NCBI GenBank assembly: GCA_943704415.1
Contig: CALSCO010000804.1
Span: 1-52,993 of the forward strand
DNA: 52,993 nucleotides
Source of the DNA: Parvularia atlantis
Taxonomy: Eukaryota
Direction of reading: 5' to 3'
The notes beneath the pieces were generated by a model that was given only the letters and a program-made list of their open reading frames with translations, did no database searches and had not been told where the DNA came from. A program made the translations under genes and the position numbers. This document shows positions 45,246-52,993 of this stretch, piece by piece (position 1 is the stretch's first letter; every line of letters begins with the position of its first letter).

Positions 45246-47005
45246 ATGCGCCACAACGGACTCGCACCAGACGCCGACGACGCGGACGACGACGGCCACG
45301 AGCTGCGCGCCCTCGCCGCGCGCGGCCTCGGCGACCTCGTCGCGCAGCGCGTGCTGTTCGGCGCCGACGCCGACGCAGCGCGCCCGCGCGACGGCCGCAC
45401 CGCCGCGCACGTCGCCGCCGCGCTCGGCCACGCCGACGTCCTGCGCGAGCTCGCGCGGCTCGGCGCGCACCTCGCCCGCCGCACGCGCGACCACGCGCGC
45501 CGCACGCCGCTGCACCTCGCTGCGGCAGGCGGGTACGCCGCCTGTGTGCGCGTGCTGCTCGACGGTGCCGCCGCCGCCGCCGATGTCGGCCTCGCACTGC
45601 ACGACAACGACACGGGCGCGACCGCGCTGCACCTGGCCGCGGGCGCGCACAGCGAGCCGTGCGTGCGGTTGCTGGCCGCGCGGAACCCGGCGCTGCTGCA
45701 CGCCGTGGACTACCGCGGCCGCACGCCGCTGCACCTTGCCGCCGCCTCCCGCGACGCCGCCGCCGTCGTCGCAACACTCGTCGCCGCAGGCGCCCCGCTC
45801 GACGTCGCCGACTGCGCCGGCCGCACGCCGGTCGACTGCGTACCCCTGCCGCGCTCGCGCCTGCTGCTGCTCGTGTGCCCGCGCCCGCGCCGGCTGGACA
45901 CGCTGGTGCGCGCGCCCGCTCTCTCGCGTGTGACATACCCTGACCGCACGTCCAGACCAATCCGCGCTGGGCCGCGTCGGGCCACCAGCTGCTGTTCGCG
46001 TTCCACCTGGGCGCGTACGTCGCGCTGCACGTGCTGGCCTTTGTCTACGCGCACGGCCAGCTGGGTTCGGGCCGCGTGCGCACCGCCTGCGGCGACATTT
46101 GCTGATCGCGACCGCGCAAACAGAGCTGAGCACGCTGATGCAGCGCTGGCTGGTGCTGGACGCGCTGCTGTTTGCCACGGTCACAGCCCTGCTCGTGTGC
46201 GTGCGCCTCACACCGCCGGGGCACCTCGCGCAGCCCGCGTGGCAGCCGGTGCGCACGACCGCGGTGGCTCTCTTGCTGCTACTGACTGGCCGCACAGCTG
46301 TCAAAGCTGCCGCGCGAGCGCGTGCTGAACGGCGCGTTCTGCGTCACCTGCCAGGTGCGTGCGCGTGTGCACAGAAGACAGTACGCACGCGCCACCGACG
46401 CGCGGCCCCCAGATCGTCCGGCCCGCGCGCGCCAAGCACTGCCAGTACTGCAACCGCTGCGTCGAGCTGTTTGACCACCACTGCTTCTACATGGGCACGT
46501 GCATCGGGCGCGGCAACCGGCGCCTGTTTGTCACCTTCCTGTACAGCAGCGCGGTCGAGCTGCTCGTGGCGAGCCTGTGGCTCTGCGCCGGTGCGTGCGC
46601 TGCGCACGTCTGCAGACGCGCGAGCCAACACCATTGGCGACGCAGCGCTCTACGCGTCCTGGCGCGGCGTCCTTCTGCTGCTGCTGCTGCCCGCGCTCGG
46701 CGCGCTCGCGTTCCTCGTGTACATGGCGCAGTACCAGACGATCATCGTCCTCGCGAACCTCACGACAAACGAGCACATCAACTTTGGTGCGCGTCTCGCC
46801 CCGCACCGCGGCACGTGCGCTCACCGCACTTGCCCGCGCAGCACGGTACAAATACCTGCACCCGCCCGGCGCGAGTGAGCCGCAGTACCGCACGCCGCTG
46901 CACCGCGCATTGCAGTGGCCCCGGCACACGCTCGACCGCGGGCCGCTCGCCAACTGGCGCAGCTTCTGGCGCGACCGCGCGCCGGTCCGCGAGGCCATTG
47001 TGTAA
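45246..47005 (+). CDS. Ankyrin-repeat DHHC palmitoyltransferase (Akr1/ZDHHC13/17-like architecture)
   Basis: Four to five ankyrin repeats ([21 protein letters not shown]); [47 protein letters not shown] motif; TM segments. Confidence 0.92.
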
Positions 47006-47102
47006 CAACTTGAGCGCAGCAACGCAGACAAAAGCAACAAAGCCCGCCGCAGCGCGGGCGGAGGAAGAAAGAAAAGTACACACAGCAGCCTGGGCAAACC
47101 AA

Positions 47103-49747
47103 TCACTTTCCCTTTGGCGACGACGACAGCGACGATCCCGCGCCGGCCTTCGTCCCGCTGCCACTGCCGCCGCCGCTGCCGTTGGACGCGCCCTTGAGCA
47201 CGGACGTCGGCGTGATCGTCCCGCGCCACGATCTGCACCCGCGGACGCCGTCAGCAGCAGCTGTCAGCGTGAATGGCGGCGCACCGTCCGATCGTCGACG
47301 GCGTGATGAATGACGACCCGGACGACGACTTGAGGTCGGGCGTCTCGCTGTGCGAGGGCTCCGCGGCGCGCGAGGCCTGGGTGCGCGCGGGGTCAGCGGG
47401 CGCCGCTCAAGCAGGCACCGCCGTCGCACCTCGTACAGCGCCTCCTCGCTCACGACCTGCGTGTCCAGCTCGAGGTAGTGGCGAATCAGGCCGTTCTCGA
47501 TGAATGGGAAGTTGGCCGTGGCCTGATACCGCTGCAGGTCGTTGATGACGCCCGCAATCATCCTGCAAGCGCGCGCCCACGCGTCAGCCATCCGCGCGCG
47601 CGGCGCTCGGCCGCTGCGCACCGCAGCTTGGCCACGTTGATCAGGCCGCCGGCCAGCCTCGTCAGGTACTTTTCCTGGATGAACGTGAGGTCCGACAGGT
47701 ACACACCTGCTCGCGCGCACGTCAGCGTTGTTGCCGACGGTTGCCGTCACACCGCACGCACCGACGTAGGGCAGGACGGGCGGCTCGAGCGTCTTGACGT
47801 ACGTGCGGTAGGCGATGTAGTTTTGCCGCGGCGACGTCACAATCTGCAGCTCCTTCCACATCGTGATGTACTTGGCCGGGAGGCTCTGCGAGCGCGTTGG
47901 GTATGGTCATTATGCGCGACGGCGAGCGTCAGGCCGCGCGCACCTTCCACGTGCGCTTGAGGCGCTGCACGCAGGTCATGGTGAGGCCGCCGACGACCTC
48001 GAGGCTGCCGAGACGTGAGCGGCCGCGACGTCTTTGTCGCCCGCGTACGTACCATGTGTTGAAGTTGCGCCACTCGAGGCACATGTACGCGACGTAGATG
48101 AAGCGCTTGAGCACGACCACGCGCTGCTTGAGGTTGCCCGTGAAGCACACCTCCTTGGCGACCCAGAACGAGACCTGCGCCGTGGCACCGTCAGCGAGTG
48201 CGGGCACGGCGCGGTTAGCCCACCTTGTTGAAGTGGTCGATCAGCTTCAGCAGCGTCGGGCAGTTCTGGTGCTTGCGCTCGATCGTCTTGTAGTACAGGT
48301 CGCGCGTCGTCACGGCCTTGAACAGGCTGACCTCCATCAGCGTGAGCTGGCGAAAGACGTCTGGCGGGCGCTTGTCAGCCGCGGCTGAAACGCGTCGGCG
48401 CCTCGGCGCACCGACGGGGTTGATGCCCGTAAAGTCCGTGAACGGGCGGACGGCCACGCGCTGCGAGTGCGTGGGCGTGTGCTGCGCGAGCGACAAGCTG
48501 CGCCGGAGCATCGCCGAGCCGCCGCCGATGCTGCCGGCGCTGGTCGCCTGGCACGGGCGCGCGAAGTCAGCCGGTCTGACGGGCGCCCGGGCGCGTGTAC
48601 AAAAACACACCGCGTCGGCGACGAGGCGCTGCAGCGGCTCCACCCAGCGCGAGACCGACTCGTCACACTCGGCCACGTCGTCGCTAAGAAAGCGCCGGAT
48701 GCGCTCGAGCGCGGCGCCGTCGCCATCGAGGTCGACGGCAAAGTCCTTGAGCCAGCGCTTGAGCACGTTGATGACGCTGGCACACACGCGCGCGCGCGAG
48801 GGCCGGTGTGAGGTGCGGGCGCGCGAGCACGGCGCACCGCGGGCGCACCGCAGCTGCACCACGTCGCTGCGCGCGTCCTGCACGCGAAAGCGCGCAACGA
48901 GGCGGTCGACAAAGTCCTTTGCAGGGCAGAAGAAGCGCAGCGTGAGCAGCATCTCCTGCAGGTACTCCTGGTCCGCCGAGGCGACCGGCGTGAGCGACGC
49001 GACGAGACCCTCGAGCGTGGCCGCGCGGACGAGCAGCTTGCCCTCGGGCTGTTTTTCGTCGTCGTGCGATGAGCGGGACAAGTGCGGTGCGAGCGCGCGC
49101 GGGGTGCACCGTCGGCACGGGCTCGTGCAGGATCTGCACCTCGCGGTAGACCTTGCGCAGCAGCGCGAGGAAGCCCCTGTTGTGCGCGCGCCGTCAGCAC
49201 CAAATAACGGTCGCGCCGAGGTGATCCCCGCGGCGCACCGCACGGCCAGGGCGAGCGTGCGCAGGTGGAAGATGTGGCGCTTGGCTGGGGGCGCGCCGGC
49301 GCCGGCGAGCGAGGTCGTGCTGCCGCCGCCCTCCTCGGCGTGGTGCGACGCGCTGTCGCTGCTGGACGAGTCCTCGCCGGTGCCGAGGCTGAGCGCGCTC
49401 GCGCCGAGCCCGCCGAGGTCGTCGTCGGTGGCGGAGAGCGAGGCGTCGTCGGGCGTGCGGAGGGGCGAGGGCGAGTCGGCGCCGGACCGGCGCGCGGCGC
49501 GGGTGTGGGCGAGGCGCGCGCGGAGGGCGTCGAGATTGACCCGCACGACAGCAAACCCCTCGGAGCGTCGGCGCGCGGGGTCGGCGTTGGCGTCGTCGAG
49601 CGCGAGCAGCGGCGAGGGCCGGCTGGGCGGTGACTCGGTCGCGCCGTCGAGCGCGTCCAGCGCGTCGCCGCCCGTCGTCCACGTCGGCCGCACCAGCAGC
49701 GACAGCGCGCGCCGGCGCCCTGCCAGGGCGCGTTGTTCCGTGGCCAT
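47103..49747 (-). CDS. Ras guanine-nucleotide exchange factor (REM + CDC25 domains)
   Basis: [13 protein letters not shown]...LLTLRFF...[12 protein letters not shown]25: QLTLME...[12 protein letters not shown]...RVVVLKRFI...RNFN...RLKRTW...NYIAYR...[18 protein letters not shown]. Confidence 0.93.
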
Positions 49748-49783
49748 GCTGTTTCTGCCGAGTTTCGGAAGTTCAGCGTGCGC

Positions 49784-51295
49784 ATGAGGATGCGGCGCAC
49801 GTCCGTTGTGAGCCAGGTCGTGCTGCTCGTCGCGGCGCTCGTGGTGCTCGTGCTCGTCCCGACGCTGCTCCGCACGCGCCCCGGCGGCGGCCGCGACGTG
49901 GCCACGGTGCGCGAGATCGTCTTTGAGGGGTGCCTCGCGGGCCGCAAACCAAAAACGCAGACAAGACGGGCCGTTTCAGCACGCGCCGACGGCGCCGGGC
50001 CCGGCTCGGACGCGCCCTGGCCCACCGACGCCGAGCTGCTGGCCGAGTACGGGCGCGCCGCGGCGCAGCTGCGCGTGTTCGTCTACAACCTGCCCGCGCC
50101 CGACAGCGTGCCCGGGATACCGCCGACGTGGGGCGAGCGCTGCCGCGAGCACTTCCTGGCAGAGCGCGCCGTGCGCGACTTTTTCCGCGCCAGCCCGATG
50201 TACACGACCAACCCGGCCGAGGCCGACCTGTTCATCGTGCCGAGCGACATGTCATGCCTGCACTTCCGCCTGCACCGGAGCGTGAGCCAGAGCGCCGAGA
50301 CTTACTTTGTGCCGCTGCTCGAGCGCGTGCGTGAGCAACCGTGGTACACGCGCCGGGGCGGGCGCGACCACGTGCTCGTGTACACGATGGACTGGGGGCC
50401 GCTCTGCGACGAGCAGCTGCCGTATGAGCGCCTACGCGAGCTCATCCGGCCGATGATCGTCGTCGGCAACCACGGCATCCGCAAGCCCGCGTGCTTCCGG
50501 CCCGACTGGGACATCGCCCTGCCGCAGTGGCACAACTTCCGGCCCACCGCGCCCGCCGCCCTCGACGACGCCGTGTGCGCCCCGCGCATCGGGCCCGCAC
50601 TCTTCTTCCGCGGCCAGACCGTCGACGGGCGCGACTGTTCGCCATTCATCCGGCGCTACCTCGAGGTCGCTGGCAACGTCACAGGCAAGGCGCGCCCGGA
50701 CGAGTTCGTCTATGGCGCGGCCAGCAGGATGAGCCACTCGTACTTTGGCCTCGCCCCGGCCGGCCATGCGTGCTGGTCGCTGCGGCTGTACGACGCCATC
50801 TTCTCGCTCACCGTGCCCGTGATCCTCGCCGACCCCGTGATCGAGCCCTTCGAGCGCTTTCTCGACTGGCGCCGCTTCACGGTCAAGGTGCAGACGGCCG
50901 ACCTCATGCCGCGCCTCGACGTCTCGAGCGCGCTCGACGACAGGACGTGGACGCCTGGGCCGCACACCGTCAACGTCCCGCCCGAGACATACGACATGGG
51001 CACGTTCGAGACGCTCCTACTGCAGCCGACGACGGCGCGCGTGCGCGAGTTCAAGGCGGCCGCCTGCCCCGCCGCCGCCAACGGCACCGAGCCGAGCTAC
51101 CTCGAGGCCAAGCGGCGCGCGATGGCGGACGTGCAGCTGTGGCTGCAGTGGGACGCGGCCAGCTACGGGCGCAGCGCGTTCCACCTGCTCGTGCTCGAGC
51201 TGTGGTGCCGCACCGAGCGCGGGCAGCAGTCGCCCACGGCGCAGGCCCTGTGCGCGCGGCCCTCGGTCTCGGTCGCGGGCGAGTCGTACTGGTGA
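49784..51295 (+). CDS. Exostosin-family (GT47) type II membrane glycosyltransferase, intronless
   Basis: N-terminal TM; LRVFVYNLP; TTNPAEADLFIVP; PWYTRRGGRDHV; CFRPDWDIALP; SYFGLAPAGHACWSLRLYDAIFSLTVPVILAD..EPFE.FLDW. Confidence 0.9.
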   Translation: MRMRRTSVVSQVVLLVAALVVLVLVPTLLRTRPGGGRDVATVREIVFEGCLAGRKPKTQTRRAVSARADGAGPGSDAPWPTDAELLAEYGRAAAQLRVFVYNLPAPDSVPGIPPTWGERCREHFLAERAVRDFFRASPMYTTNPAEADLFIVPSDMSCLHFRLHRSVSQSAETYFVPLLERVREQPWYTRRGGRDHVLVYTMDWGPLCDEQLPYERLRELIRPMIVVGNHGIRKPACFRPDWDIALPQWHNFRPTAPAALDDAVCAPRIGPALFFRGQTVDGRDCSPFIRRYLEVAGNVTGKARPDEFVYGAASRMSHSYFGLAPAGHACWSLRLYDAIFSLTVPVILADPVIEPFERFLDWRRFTVKVQTADLMPRLDVSSALDDRTWTPGPHTVNVPPETYDMGTFETLLLQPTTARVREFKAAACPAAANGTEPSYLEAKRRAMADVQLWLQWDAASYGRSAFHLLVLELWCRTERGQQSPTAQALCARPSVSVAGESYW

Positions 51296-51359
51296 GTAAT
51301 TATAAGTATGCAATACGTTTAGTGTCTGCAAGCCTACGTACACGTGACATAAAAGCTGC

Positions 51360-52791
51360 ATGGCACACGCGTACACAGGCGGCGATGTCGAGGCGTCACT
51401 GGTGCTCGAGTGGCTTGTTCACGCCGGCCACGGTGCGGCGGCTTGTCATGGCTGCGTGCGGGCGACCGGTGGCTGACGCGCCGGCCCGCGCCCGCCAGGC
51501 AGCACCGCGCTCGCCCTCGCCCAGGCCGTCGTCGAGCGGCGGCGGCGGACAGTGCGTGCGGCGCACGACCTGGCCGAGCTCGCGCGCCAGCCGCGCAAGG
51601 TCCGCATGCCGCGCGACCGCGCCGACGTCGCCGAGCTCGTCGCCGGTGAGCCGCTGAGCGAGATGGACGGCGCGCTGGCCGGGCGCGGGCGAGGCGGTGC
51701 AGCGGACGCGGACGATGAGCCCGAGGCGCCGATGACGGGAGACGGCGCCGGCGCCGGCGCCGCGATGGACGTCGATCGGCCTGGGACGCAACGGGCGCGG
51801 GACGACAACGCGCCGCCCGTGACGGACGACGAGGCGCTGGCCGAGCTCCGGCAGCAGCCCGACTTCCGCAGCCTCGTGCACCGGCGGCGGATCGTCGGGC
51901 ACGTCGAGCACGGGCGGATCGAACAGGCCGTGCAGGAGTGCACGGGTCTCTTCCCGGGCATCTTTGATGGGCAAAGCGCGACAGCGCGCGCCCGCGACGT
52001 GCTCTTCCGGCTGCGCTGCCAGCAGTTTGTCGAGCTGGTGCGCGCGGGCCAGGCCAAGGACGCGCTGCGCTTCGCCCAGACCGAGCTCGCCACGTTTGGC
52101 TACGAGAGCCCGCAACACCTGCAGACGCTCCAGGTGCGCCGAGGCATGCACGCGCATAGCCGCAGCCCGCCTAATCACGCGCGACCGCGCAGGACACCGT
52201 CTCGCTGCTCGCGTACAACGACCCGTTCACATCGCCCACGAGCAGCCTGCTGTCGCTGGCGGCGCGGGACGAGCTGGCCGAGGCCCTCAACTGCGCCATC
52301 CTCGGTGCGCCGGCGCCACGCCGACACGCTTGCGCAGCTCACGCCCCGGGCCGCTCGCAGCGCACCAGGGCTGCCGGGCGCAGGCTGCGCTTGTTCGCAT
52401 CGTGCGCCAGCTGACCGTCGTGTGCGACTACCTCAGCTCGAACTCGTCGTTTGCGCGAGACCGGGCTCGGGTGCGCGTGCGCGTACGTGCAGGCCCAGGT
52501 CGGCCCGCTGACGCCGCCGCGACCCAGATACCGCGCTGGCACCTCGCCGATTACCTCAACGCCGACAGCGCCGCAGCGCACCTGGCGACGTTCATGCCCG
52601 CGCCCGCGCGCACTGCCGAGAGTGGCGGTGGCGGCGGGGCGAGCCAGGCTGAGGGCGGCTCGACGGCGGCGGCGCGCGGGAGCAGCGCGCGCCTGTCCCA
52701 CTTCGAGCTGGACGTGCTGCTGCCGGGGCTCGCGCGCTTCGAAGACTTTGACGCGGGCGGGTGGACGGTTGTGGGCGACCCGCGCTTTTGA
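51360..52791 (+). CDS. LisH-CTLH-CRA protein (GID/CTLH E3 complex subunit; GID8/TWA1- or SPRY-less RanBPM-like)
   Basis: LisH SLVLEWLVHAGH|GSTALAL; CTLH RRRIVGHVEHGRIEQA...VLFRLRCQQFVELVR; CRA ALRFAQTELA...DTVSLLAYNDPFTSP...RDELAEALNCAIL. Confidence 0.88.
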
Positions 52792-52993
52792 AAGAGAGGG
52801 CGTGCCAGTGGCGTTGCGGGCAGGTCATGGCCAAAGCGGCACACACACAGAGTAGCGGGAGCATTTGGCGGGGGAAGCAGCGGCAGCGCGGGAGACGCAT
52901 TGTGTGAGGAGGTTCCCGGAGGTTGGGGGGGGAGTTTGGTGCGGATGCACGGGTGTGTGCGTTGCCGATCGTCGATTGCCAGCGGCACCTGAC

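Overview
Compact, very GC-rich eukaryotic DNA, not prokaryotic. I can read about 24 protein-coding genes in 53 kb. Most are split by many short spliceosomal introns (about 45-75 nt; donor GTGCGC/GTGCGT, CTGAC/CTCAC branch point, YAG acceptor, no polypyrimidine tract), so the six-frame ORF track is mostly fragments and antisense artefacts. In order: VPS74/GOLPH3 (partial), METTL14, Sfh5/patellin-like CRAL-TRIO+GOLD protein, myosin II heavy chain (about 59 introns), AP180/CALM-type ANTH adaptor, an intronless SAM + P-loop NTPase + restriction-endonuclease-fold (Crinkler/RHS-type) gene, aromatic L-amino-acid decarboxylase, F-box/LRR protein, RluA-family pseudouridine synthase, short NudC, rhodanese, MFS transporter, fRMsr/MsrC, DUF2804-like protein, a GOLD-domain remnant, DCAF13/Sof1, ankyrin-NUDT12, PEX22, an unknown protein, GRIP golgin, a cAR/Git3-like GPCR, ankyrin-DHHC palmitoyltransferase, RasGEF, an intronless GT47 glycosyltransferase and a LisH-CTLH-CRA protein. 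The mix of fungal-like and animal-like genes suggests a unicellular opisthokont or close relative, possibly an early holomycotan/nucleariid (inference only). The most interesting items are: the SAM-NTPase-nuclease gene, with atypical codon usage, a Walker B E-to-K change and a hairpin-packed upstream spacer; a Sfh5-type heme motif fused to a GOLD domain; about 10 GC-AG introns; start-to-start spacers as short as 23-60 bp with recurrent CACGTG boxes; and TGTA rather than AATAAA in 3' spacers. All gene models were spliced by eye and family calls come from remembered motifs, not database searches.
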